The notes beneath the pieces are model-generated. The model worked only from the letters and a program-made list of their open reading frames with translations. It had not been told where the DNA came from and did no database searches. Shown here piece after piece: positions 39,724-48,163 of a stretch of DNA of 64,000 nucleotides (its first letter is position 1; each line of letters opens with the position of its first letter). The stretch lies in contig JAXMGY010000002.1 in assembly GCA_046347035.1 (NCBI GenBank), positions 24,552-88,551 on the forward strand. The letters are read 5' to 3'. A program made the translations under genes and the position numbers. Source of the DNA: Gammaproteobacteria bacterium (GTDB taxonomy: Bacteria > Pseudomonadota > Gammaproteobacteria > JAJPIJ01).

Positions 39724-40353
39724 TCAGGCGCGCTTTCTGCGGCGACCGATGTCAACCAAGCCGAGTAGCGCTGACCCCATCAGCCACGCAGCCGCGGGAA
39801 CAGGAACTGCTGCAATTCGAATCTGTTTAATGTCCGCAATATTGACGTTCGATGTAAACGATACACCGTGGAATACTTCACCGGTTGTCGCAAGTAACGT
39901 AATGAAGTTACCACCGTTCTTGTCGAGGTTTACAGTTGCTGGCGTGAAGTTGATCGACCCTGGAGACGCAGCGAAGGTAACAGTGCCATTTGCAGCCGCG
40001 TCGATGTTCAATACCAATTGCGTAAAGCCGGTATTATCGGCGAACGCGATATTAATAAATGTGTTCGCATCGATCACGCCATCTTGATCCGCTGTATCGA
40101 CGGTTGCTTGACCACCGGAAGCGGTCAGCAGCTCACCTGAGCTGGGTTTGGAGATCGACACTCCCTTACCGTGCGCGCTTTCCAAACAACCTTGAACCGT
40201 ATAACCAGATCCAATACCCACACCGGCATTGCAGTTGTTGAAAATAACGTTGTCGCCACCCGGCGTATTGCCAAGCGATACAGTGGCTGCGCTCGCGAGA
40301 CTCGGTAACAGCGCAAACCCTGCCAAACTTAATGCAAATGATCTGGTTAGCAT
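39724..40353 (-). CDS. PEP-CTERM (VPLPA-type) sorting-domain secreted protein
   Basis: ORF 39724..40425, trimmed to the ATG at 40353 (MLTRSFALSLAGFALLPSLASA signal peptide, GGGA Shine-Dalgarno). The C-terminus is AVPVPAAAWLMGSALLGLVDIGRRRKRA. Confidence 0.8.
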   Translation of the reverse strand: MLTRSFALSLAGFALLPSLASAATVSLGNTPGGDNVIFNNCNAGVGIGSGYTVQGCLESAHGKGVSISKPSSGELLTASGGQATVDTADQDGVIDANTFINIAFADNTGFTQLVLNIDAAANGTVTFAASPGSINFTPATVNLDKNGGNFITLLATTGEVFHGVSFTSNVNIADIKQIRIAAVPVPAAAWLMGSALLGLVDIGRRRKRA

Positions 40354-40444
40354 GCTTCCCTCTCTCCCTATTCTTAATTCGTCAGCAACGAGATCCAACG
40401 GCAACGCGCAGCCCTGTGTGTCCAAAGCATTTCTGAGTGAGTGA

Positions 40445-40484
40445 AGAATACTGTCAAGGCACTTACAAACCGCTTACAAATTCG
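40445..40484 (-). promoter_or_regulatory. tandem heptamer box plus -10 upstream of PEP-CTERM gene 2
   Basis: The minus strand reads CGAAT-TTGTAAG-cggt-TTGTAAG-tgccttgacag-TATTCT. Confidence 0.6.
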
Positions 40485-40571
40485 CAGATGATACTGAACG
40501 CGTTAATTTTCACGCTTTCGTCCTATCGATTCCGCGTTGTAGCTATACAATGCGAAGAACGTCGAGCCATT

Positions 40572-40600
40572 AAATAACAAACCCCGCCGAGGCGGGGTTT
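40572..40600 (-). terminator. rho-independent terminator downstream of PEP-CTERM gene 3 (second copy of the 46-nt repeat)
   Basis: The hairpin and T-rich tail are the same as at 39641..39669. Confidence 0.75.
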
Positions 40601-40644
40601 GCTGCACTGCCATGTGCGAAAACTCAATCCTTTTTGCTTCCCTG

Positions 40645-41466
40645 CTAGGCGCTCCCTCGCCGTCCTTTCCCTATCATTCCAAACAAAGCTGATCCGAGCA
40701 GCCACAGCGCCGGCGGCAGCGGCACTGGCGCGGAGTCCCGCAGATTTGCTGTACCGGCAAGCGATATGCGATCCAACCCTACTGCCGTTCCAGTGAGCTG
40801 ATTTTCGTCGCCATCATCATCCTCACGCTCGCCCTCATGTTCTTCCGAGCGGCCGTTTTCGTTAAGCAGGAAGGTGAGTGTGTAGCTTTGACCTGCAATA
40901 AGGTTCGTGAAATTTATCGGGCCACTACTGCCACCGAGCTGTGAACCGAGGAAAGTAACCGGGAACCCACTTAGATCGCCAGGTGCGTTGGTCCCGCCGC
41001 TCAGCGATACAGAAAATCTATCGCGGTTTGCACTATTACCCGCAGCCGGACCATCGAAAGCGTAGAGGAAACTCAAATCCAGGTTGTATGCGAGCACGTT
41101 CCGGCCTGTTATGGCGGTCGGCAAAGTAAATGAATACGCAATAGAGAAGGTTCCAGCACTGTCTTCGTTCCGCGAGATCCTTCCAGTGCGATCTCCGAGC
41201 ACGGCGAACGAACTGGCAAAGACATTTCCGAATCGATCGTGTTGTGACCCGCTCCCATCGATCGTGTTGTTTTGCGCACGCACATTGATCGCGTCGTGCG
41301 ATCCCGTTCCACCCTCAACCCAACCCGACACGTCGTTACCCACGGTATCGAAATCGCCCAAAGTGTTAACGTCGATAATGTTGATGGGCACGGTGGATGC
41401 AAACGCCGCGCTGCTCGCCAGCATTGCCACTGCACCTAATGTCACTGCAAAAATCTGTTTACGCAT
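40645..41466 (-). CDS. PEP-CTERM (VPLPA-type) sorting-domain secreted protein
   Basis: The 273-aa ORF has the signal peptide MRKQIFAVTLGAVAMLASSAAFA and an AAGGAG Shine-Dalgarno. An acidic stretch (EEHEGEREDDDGDE) precedes the C-terminus APVPLPPALWLLGSALFGMIGKGRR. Confidence 0.8.
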   Translation of the reverse strand: MRKQIFAVTLGAVAMLASSAAFASTVPINIIDVNTLGDFDTVGNDVSGWVEGGTGSHDAINVRAQNNTIDGSGSQHDRFGNVFASSFAVLGDRTGRISRNEDSAGTFSIAYSFTLPTAITGRNVLAYNLDLSFLYAFDGPAAGNSANRDRFSVSLSGGTNAPGDLSGFPVTFLGSQLGGSSGPINFTNLIAGQSYTLTFLLNENGRSEEHEGEREDDDGDENQLTGTAVGLDRISLAGTANLRDSAPVPLPPALWLLGSALFGMIGKGRRGSA

Positions 41467-41643
41467 GAACGCCCACAGCTCCTTATATCCGCTGAATAGA
41501 AGGCCAACCTAAATCCTCTCTGGATTGGCCCAGGACTTACTGGCTTGGGCCGTAGCGGGTGCGTATTCGCACCTCTCTTGAACAACATGCGCGGGTTCCT
41601 TGGCGCAAATGCTGGACGTGACCAGCCGGAACTCGTGCCATGA

Positions 41644-41683
41644 ATATTACGGCCGCAGCGCTTACAAACGACTTACAAATTCG
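41644..41683 (-). promoter_or_regulatory. tandem heptamer box plus -10 upstream of PEP-CTERM gene 3
   Basis: The minus strand reads CGAAT-TTGTAAG-tcgt-TTGTAAG-cgctgcggccg-TAATAT. Confidence 0.6.
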
Positions 41684-41703
41684 AGAGTTGGTGGTTGTGG
41701 GAA

Positions 41704-41726
41704 CTTACAATTCGGTTACCGATTGG
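41704..41726 (-). promoter_or_regulatory. additional degenerate heptamer pair upstream of the gene 3 box
   Basis: The minus strand reads CCAAT-CGGTAAC-cgaa-TTGTAAG, with the same 7+4 architecture, 32 nt upstream of the proximal pair. Confidence 0.4.
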
Positions 41727-41807
41727 CGGTTTGGTGCGGCGATTGGTGCTGGAATGCCCAATGCCGCACACTTCGGCAGCAGGAAGGGAAAGTCAGTAGT
41801 CGGACGG

Positions 41808-41830
41808 CCAAAACACACCCAAGGTGTGCC
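41808..41830 (-). terminator. rho-independent terminator downstream of the SARP-like regulator gene
   Basis: The minus strand reads CACACCTTGGGTGTG followed by TTTTGG, 11 nt after the stop codon. Confidence 0.55.
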
Positions 41831-41840
41831 CGAGCACCAC

Positions 41841-42998
41841 TCAGGCCTTGGGTATGGCACCGTCGGATGGGGGCGTAAATACCGTGCTCAGCGTTTCGCC
41901 ACCAACCGTGACGTTGCCGTTGGCCGGCAGTCCGCGCGCGACCGCCATGCGTGCGCGTGCATCGTTAATCTCCTGCACCTTGCGCCGGATCTCGGCGTAC
42001 AGGCGTTGCGTTTCGGCGGCCGGCGCCACCTCCAGCATCTTGTGCAGCATGATTCGGCATCGTCGATAGAGCGTAATCACATCGCTGTAACGTTCAAGCG
42101 CCGCGTACACCGTCATCAAACGACGGTAGAGTTCTTCGGCCAGTGGATCAATTTCAATCGCACGCTGATAAACCGGGATGGCGAGCTCGCGCTGGCCAAG
42201 CTTCTCGCAACGCTCGGCATAGGCGCGCACGGCGCGCACGAATTTGCTACGCAGACGTTCGCGCATGGCCGACGCCCAACGCGTGTCGTCCTGCGGCAGA
42301 AAAGCGCCTTGATAGAGATCCAGGGCGGCATCGAAACGCTCGACGCTATTTTCCAACCACGCCGAGTCCGATTCGCCGGTGTCGAGTTTTTTCAGCGCAT
42401 CCTCGAACGCGTGAATATCCACCCAGCAATGCAAGGGGTCCAGACTGAGACGACCATTACGCGCGACGATGGCGTCGTGAACCACAAGTAATTTACGCAG
42501 ACGATGCACGGTGACGTTCATCGATTGTACGGCGGTCGCGCCATCGGCCTCCGGCCATAGATCCGAGGCCAGTGTATCGGTGGAAACTTCATGACCACCG
42601 CGGGCGACAAGCGCCTTAAGCAGCAGCAGCGGTTTGCGCGGCTGTTTGCGCATGGCGCCGATCGGTTCGCCGTCGATGCTGATCGCGAAACCACCCAAAG
42701 TGTAAATACGAATGCGGGGCTCGCGACCTTCAACCGACTGTGCATCCATCTGTCGAATCGCGTGCAATTCTTGAACACCGGCGCGGCGAGTAAGAACGTC
42801 CAAACCACGCGCCACACCCAACAACAACGCGCGGATTTCTTCATGCGGAAGTTCGGCAAACTCTGGCAGCTGCTCAATCAGGCTACGCGTTTCCTCGATC
42901 CAGCGTGAAAGCCGCACGCTGTCCCAGCCGCCAGCTTGCTTCGCATCTTTGCGCATTGAATCAGTGATTCCGCTCGTTGTGCCCACAGGTCTGGACAT
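41841..42998 (-). CDS. SARP-like transcriptional activator (OmpR/PhoB-type winged helix plus BTAD domain)
   Basis: The 385-aa ORF has a winged-helix segment: IRIYTLGGFAISIDGEPI...RKPLLLLKALVARGGHEVSTDTLASDLWPEADGATAVQSMNVTVHRLRKLL. A BTAD-like helical repeat follows: WVDIHAFEDAL...YQGAFLPQDDTRWASAMRERLRSKF...AIEIDPLAEELYRRLMTVYAALERYSDVITLYRRCRIML. There is no receiver domain. Confidence 0.75.
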   Translation of the reverse strand: MSRPVGTTSGITDSMRKDAKQAGGWDSVRLSRWIEETRSLIEQLPEFAELPHEEIRALLLGVARGLDVLTRRAGVQELHAIRQMDAQSVEGREPRIRIYTLGGFAISIDGEPIGAMRKQPRKPLLLLKALVARGGHEVSTDTLASDLWPEADGATAVQSMNVTVHRLRKLLVVHDAIVARNGRLSLDPLHCWVDIHAFEDALKKLDTGESDSAWLENSVERFDAALDLYQGAFLPQDDTRWASAMRERLRSKFVRAVRAYAERCEKLGQRELAIPVYQRAIEIDPLAEELYRRLMTVYAALERYSDVITLYRRCRIMLHKMLEVAPAAETQRLYAEIRRKVQEINDARARMAVARGLPANGNVTVGGETLSTVFTPPSDGAIPKA

Positions 42999-43183
42999 CT
43001 AGTGCTCGCCGTGATCGAATTGGCTTGAAGACGGGCTGTCGCGCAGCCGCGCCAGCCCTACCGGTAGCGGCTTCATTCTGCTTCTTTTCGCCGATCGATG
43101 CCACGATGAATGCCTGTGAGAAATCACACATTTGGCGATTCCGAAGGGCGCCGACCGCACATTTGCGGCTGAAAATCAGTGCC

Positions 43184-44380
43184 TCAGGCGATGCTGACCC
43201 GTGCAATTCGGCGCTTGCCGACCTGAATGAGGTAGCTCTTGCCAACCTCAAGCGTCATGGCTCGGTCGCTTGCTCGCTCGCCATTCACGCGCACTGCGTT
43301 TTGACCAATCTGACGCACGGCTTCGGTCGTGCTTGGAACCAGGCCCGCTTCCTTGAGCACGTAGGCGATCTGCGCTTTACCATCGCGCGCGGCAACGGTG
43401 ATCTCGTCGATTTGATCCGGCAAGCCGCCATCGCGGAAACGGCGAAAAAATTCTTCCTTGGCTTGCTCGCCAGCTGCCGCACCGTGAAAGCGCGCCACCA
43501 GTTCTACGGCGAGATCGATCTTGGCATCGCGTGGATTTGCTCCCCGCGCCACCGACCGCTTGGTCCGTTCAATGTCAACAAGCGGGCGGAAACTCAATAG
43601 TTCGTAGTAGCGCCACATCAAGGTATCGCTGACGGACATCACCTTGCCGAACATCTCGCTGGGCGAATCGGTGATACCAATGTAGTTGCCAAGCGACTTT
43701 GACATTTTTTGAACGCCGTCCAAACCTTCCAGCAGCGGCATGGTGATGACCACCTGCGTTTCCTGGCCGTATTCCTTCTGCAGCTGGCGCCCCATCAGCA
43801 GGTTGAACTTCTGATCCGTGCCGCCGAGTTCGACATCGGCCTTCATCGCCACCGAGTCATAGCCCTGTACCAGCGGGTAGAGGAACTCGTGAATTGCTAT
43901 CTGCTGACCGTTCGTGAATCGCTTGTGGAAATCGTCACGCTCAAGCATGCGCGCGACATTCTCCTTGGCTGCCAGCCCAATCAAATCGGCGGCGCTAAAC
44001 TTGTCCATCCATGCGGAGTTGAAACAGATTTCGGTGCGCGCTGGATCGAGAATCTTGAAGATCTGCTCCTGATACGTGCGAGCATTGACGGCAACTTCCT
44101 CGCGCGAAAGCGGCTTGCGGGTGACGTTCTTGCCGGTGGGATCGCCAATCATGCCGGTGAAATCACCGATGAGAAACATCACGTGGTGCCCGAGCTGCTG
44201 GAACTGCCGCAGCTTGTTGATGAGCACGGTGTGGCCGAGATGTAGATCCGGCGCGGTGGGATCGAACCCGGCCTTTACGCGCAGCGGTTTGCCGCGCTTG
44301 AGCTTGACGACGAGATCTTTCTCCAACAGCACTTCGACTGCGCCACGGCCGATCTCACTCAGGGCTTCCTCAATATGCAT
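43184..44380 (-). CDS. tyrS: tyrosine--tRNA ligase (type 2)
   Basis: ORF 43184..44440, trimmed to [18 protein letters not shown]. It has the HLGH and KMSKS motifs and a C-terminal S4-like domain. Confidence 0.93.
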   Translation of the reverse strand: MHIEEALSEIGRGAVEVLLEKDLVVKLKRGKPLRVKAGFDPTAPDLHLGHTVLINKLRQFQQLGHHVMFLIGDFTGMIGDPTGKNVTRKPLSREEVAVNARTYQEQIFKILDPARTEICFNSAWMDKFSAADLIGLAAKENVARMLERDDFHKRFTNGQQIAIHEFLYPLVQGYDSVAMKADVELGGTDQKFNLLMGRQLQKEYGQETQVVITMPLLEGLDGVQKMSKSLGNYIGITDSPSEMFGKVMSVSDTLMWRYYELLSFRPLVDIERTKRSVARGANPRDAKIDLAVELVARFHGAAAGEQAKEEFFRRFRDGGLPDQIDEITVAARDGKAQIAYVLKEAGLVPSTTEAVRQIGQNAVRVNGERASDRAMTLEVGKSYLIQVGKRRIARVSIA

Positions 44381-44522
44381 GGACTGGTGTTCACGTGCGA
44401 TATCAAGATTGAAGCTTAACATGGCGCGGCGGCGCAACAAGACAGCGCCACCGGGAACTGAACAATTGATTGACGTATAAAGGATTCGCCGCTATCTTCC
44501 TGTCAAACAAGAGGCTGGCGAC

Positions 44523-46139
44523 GTGTTCCAGACCCGCGAAATCAGTTACGACTACAAGATTTGCATCGGCTGGGGGGAAGAGCGGCGGCGTTTGCGTCGC
44601 CGCCGTCTGGCGCTGGCGTCGGCCGCCCCGTTAGTTGTGGCACTGATGGCGGGCATGGCTTCCGACCATCTTTCCAATCATCAATTTCATCTGCCGCCTT
44701 GGGATAAACCGCTGGTCGATCAGAAACCCAGCCCGGAGAAATTGCTGCCCATTCGCACTACTTCCGAGGCAGCAATTGCGTATCAGGCGGTGCTGTCCGA
44801 ACTGGAGCCAGTGAGCAACCCGTTCACGCCCAATCACATCATCGGACCCACGCCTGCCTTTCCTGGCACGCAAGAAGACGCAAACGCTGAATCGGTTCCG
44901 GCGAACGAACTGTCCGCGGCGGAACCTGACGCTGAAGCCACACCGGCCGCTGAGGCGGCAAGCACTGACGCTAACTGGCAGACCATTAAGGTCCGCGCTG
45001 GCGACAGCTTATCCACCATTTTTCAACGTTTGGGCCTGAGCGGTAATGAGCTGGATCGCATCATGGGGCTGGGTGCCGTCACTGCGGCGCTGAAAACGCT
45101 GCGACCCGAGTCCAATCTTCGCTTCCGCATCAATGGCGGCTCGCTGAGCGAAATGGTGCATGAAATTGATGCCGCTCATACGCTGCACGTCCGCAATCAG
45201 GAGGGCGGTTACAGCGCCGAGACGATCGCCGAAAAGCTCGAAACGCGAACCACGCAGGCGAGCGGCGTGATCACCAGTTCGCTGTTCGAGGCTGGTCAAA
45301 GCGCCGGCCTGTCGGATACCGCGATCATGAACATGGCCAACATCTTCGACTTTGACATCGATCTGGCGCTGGATATTCGTGAGGGCGATCGCTTCACCGT
45401 CGTGTATGAGGAAATCTACAAGGACGGTAAGAAGATCAAAGACGGCAATATTCTCGCCGCCGAGTTCGTCAACAAGGACAGGTTTATCGCGCGGTGCGCT
45501 ACGACGACAAGCAAGGCAACGCGGAATATTACCGACCGGATGGCCGCACCCTGCGCCGAGCCTTCATTCGCACACCCGTGGCTTTCACGCGCATCACGTC
45601 CAGGTTTGGCCTTCGCAATCACCCCATCCTCAATCGAATTCGAAATCACAAAGGCGTTGACTATGCCGCCCCAACCGGGACGCCAGTTAAAGCCACGGGC
45701 GATGCGAAAGTTGCCTTTGCCGGCTGGCAGGGGATATGGCCGCGTCATTCAATTGCAGCACGAAGGCGGTTACATGACGGTGTATGGACACCTGTCGCGG
45801 TTTGCCAGCAGCGCGAAGGTTGGCCAACGTGTGCACCTGGGCGAAGTGATTGGCTACGTCGGAATGACAGGACTGGCAACGGGCCCCCATCTTCACTACG
45901 AATTCCGCGTCAAGGGCGTACACGTCGATCCGTTAACTGTGAAGTTACCGCAAGCGCTGCCAATTGCGCGCGAGCGGCTTGCCGATTTCAAAGCCAAGAC
46001 CCAACCAACGATCGCACTGCTCGACAAGGCCAGTACGCTCGCTGCAACAAATTTCGGCAAACAGCAGGCGGCCGCAGCGCCTGAATCGAATTCTCCCGAA
46101 GCACGCAATCAGGTCGTCGCCAGCGCGGCGGCACATTAA
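44523..46139 (+). pseudogene. OapA/LysM-like plus M23 peptidoglycan DD-metalloendopeptidase (MepM/YebA-like), two compensating frameshifts as given
   Basis: The 538-aa ORF looks intact, but codons between about 45477 and 45732 are out of frame. The overlapping ORF 45494..46084 carries the conserved [17 protein letters not shown]...[45 protein letters not shown]. The main frame resumes with [24 protein letters not shown]...[10 protein letters not shown]. Confidence 0.85.
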
Positions 46140-46172
46140 ATTGTCGTTGCACTCCGCGCGCCGGAGTAACGC

Positions 46173-47288
46173 ATGACTCTGTACATCGGTTTGAACTCCG
46201 GCACCAGCATGGATGCCGTCGATGCTGCACTGGTAGATATCGACGATGAAAGTCGCTGCCACATTCGTCATTATCGGGAGATACCCTATCCACCCACGTT
46301 GGCTTCAAGGCTGCACGCGGCGCGGCGCAATGCGGCCCGGTTGACGTTGCCCGAGCTGTATCAGCTCGATGTTGAAGTGGGACGCGCTTTTGCCACAGCG
46401 GCGGTTCAATTGCTGAGTGCCGAAAAACTAGACGCCGGCAATGTGGCCGCCATCGGCAGCCACGGTCAGACGCTTTACCATCAACCACGCGGTGATACGC
46501 CGTACTCCGTACAAATCGGCGATCTCAACACCATTGCCGCACGCACCGGCATTGCCACGATTGGCGACTTTCGTCGCATGGATATGGCACTGGGTGGACA
46601 AGGCGCGCCGCTGGCGCCACTGTTTCACGCCGCAGTGTTTCGGCATGAAAGTCGCGGCCGCGCCATCGTCAACATCGGAGGTATCGCTAACGTCACGATC
46701 CTTCGAGCAAACTCGTCAAACATCATCGGTTTCGACAGCGGCCCCGGCAATGCGTTGATGGATGAGTGGGCGCGCGAGCATATCGGACAAGCTTACGACA
46801 AGGACGGCCAGTGGGCGGCGAACGGAAGAATAAACGACGCCTTGCTGCAAGCACTGCTTGCCGACGACTATTTCAAATTACGACCACCGAAGAGCACCGG
46901 TCGCGAGTATTTCAATCGCGAGTGGTTGCAAGTTCACTTGGCGAACTTACCAATCGTACCAAACGCCAATGATGTGCAGACCACACTGCTGCAATTGGCT
47001 GCCTGTAGTATTGCTGCAGCGCTTGCCCCTGATGCATCGGTCGCGGAGATCTATGTCTGCGGCGGCGGCGCCAAAAACGCTGCTCTGATGCAAGCGTTGC
47101 GCACCGCCCTGCCGGCGAAAAAAGTATCGACCACCGCTGAACTCGGCGTGGCACCTGAAGCGGTCGAAGCGGTGCTGTTCGCGTGGCTGGCGCGTCAACG
47201 ACAGATAGGACTACCTGTGAGTCTGGGATCCATCACCGGTGCATCCGGTCCGGCAATACTCGGCGGCGTGTATCTGCCGCCGCCTTAA
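46173..47288 (+). CDS. anmK: anhydro-N-acetylmuramic acid kinase
   Basis: The 371-aa ORF contains YIGLNSGTSMDAVDAALV, IGSHGQTLYHQP and GPGNALMDEW. Confidence 0.92.
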   Translation: MTLYIGLNSGTSMDAVDAALVDIDDESRCHIRHYREIPYPPTLASRLHAARRNAARLTLPELYQLDVEVGRAFATAAVQLLSAEKLDAGNVAAIGSHGQTLYHQPRGDTPYSVQIGDLNTIAARTGIATIGDFRRMDMALGGQGAPLAPLFHAAVFRHESRGRAIVNIGGIANVTILRANSSNIIGFDSGPGNALMDEWAREHIGQAYDKDGQWAANGRINDALLQALLADDYFKLRPPKSTGREYFNREWLQVHLANLPIVPNANDVQTTLLQLAACSIAAALAPDASVAEIYVCGGGAKNAALMQALRTALPAKKVSTTAELGVAPEAVEAVLFAWLARQRQIGLPVSLGSITGASGPAILGGVYLPPP

Positions 47289-47300
47289 AGCAAGCTCAGA

Positions 47301-47654
47301 TTAAGCTGAAAACGACGAGCCGCAACCGCACGTAGTCGTCGCGTTTGGATTGCGAATCACGAACTGTGCGCCGTCCAGCCCTTCGCTGTAGTCAATCTCG
47401 GCGCCAACAAGATACTGGTAACTCATTGGGTCAATCAGCAGCTTCACGCCATTCTTCTCGACGATGGTGTCGCCCTCACCCAACTCCTGCTCGAAGGTGA
47501 AACCATACTGGAATCCCGAGCATCCGCCGCCCTGGACGAAAACGCGCAGCATCAGCCGCTCGTCACCTTCTTCGGCAATCAGCGCGCGCACCTTGTCGGC
47601 CGCGGAATCGGTGAAATTGAGCGGGCTTTCGAATGTTTCAGTGGTTTCAGTCAC
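47301..47654 (-). CDS. erpA: iron-sulfur cluster insertion protein ErpA
   Basis: The 117-aa ORF contains [19 protein letters not shown] and the C-terminal CGCGSSF. Confidence 0.93.
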   Translation of the reverse strand: MTETTETFESPLNFTDSAADKVRALIAEEGDERLMLRVFVQGGGCSGFQYGFTFEQELGEGDTIVEKNGVKLLIDPMSYQYLVGAEIDYSEGLDGAQFVIRNPNATTTCGCGSSFSA

Positions 47655-47737
47655 GATTTATTCCTCTTGTACTTGGCCTTTGCATTTCGGCCTTCGCCTT
47701 TCGGCATCGATGTAGATGCGCGTTGCTGGCAACTGTA

Positions 47738-48160
47738 TCAGGTCGCCTCGGTCTTGGCCGCCGGCTTGTGGCTCAGCGCCAACGGCTCGCGTCCACCTTC
47801 GACCTGACGGATGAGTTGGCCATTGACCTCGGCACCCATCGCCATTTCGATGAGGTTGTAGTACACATTGCCTTCGATGCGCGCATTGGGCGCGAGTTCC
47901 ACATGTTGGCGCACATAAACGTCGCCGATGACCGCGCCGTTCAAGACCGCGTACGGGACCCGCACGTCACCCTCAATGGTACCGCGGTCGCTTAAGGTCA
48001 GCACCGAACCTTCTTCATCGGCGGAAATCACCGCGCCGCGCACCACGCCGTCAATATGCAAGCCACCGCTGAAATGAATGTCGCCAGAGACTTGTGAATG
48101 CTGGCCGATGAGCGAATCAAGGCTGGTTGCCTTGCGTCTGCCTTTCTTTCCAAAAAACAT
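47738..48160 (-). CDS. bactofilin family cytoskeletal protein
   Basis: The 140-aa ORF has a repetitive beta-helix pattern (G.I.F.G.L.IDG.V.G...) typical of DUF583/bactofilin. Confidence 0.8.
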   Translation of the reverse strand: MFFGKKGRRKATSLDSLIGQHSQVSGDIHFSGGLHIDGVVRGAVISADEEGSVLTLSDRGTIEGDVRVPYAVLNGAVIGDVYVRQHVELAPNARIEGNVYYNLIEMAMGAEVNGQLIRQVEGGREPLALSHKPAAKTEAT

Positions 48161-48163
48161 GCC

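Noticed and set aside
39641-40616. CRISPR-like array, suggested by the identical 46-nt repeats
   Set aside because: There are only two copies about 930 bp apart, each sitting at a gene 3' end and containing a terminator hairpin. No cas genes are present.
41640-42491. 283-aa plus-strand ORF covering the gene 3 promoter region and part of the regulator gene
   Set aside because: It is antisense to the SARP-like regulator. It has no Shine-Dalgarno and no family features. The heptamer boxes inside it are better explained as promoter elements for the minus-strand gene.
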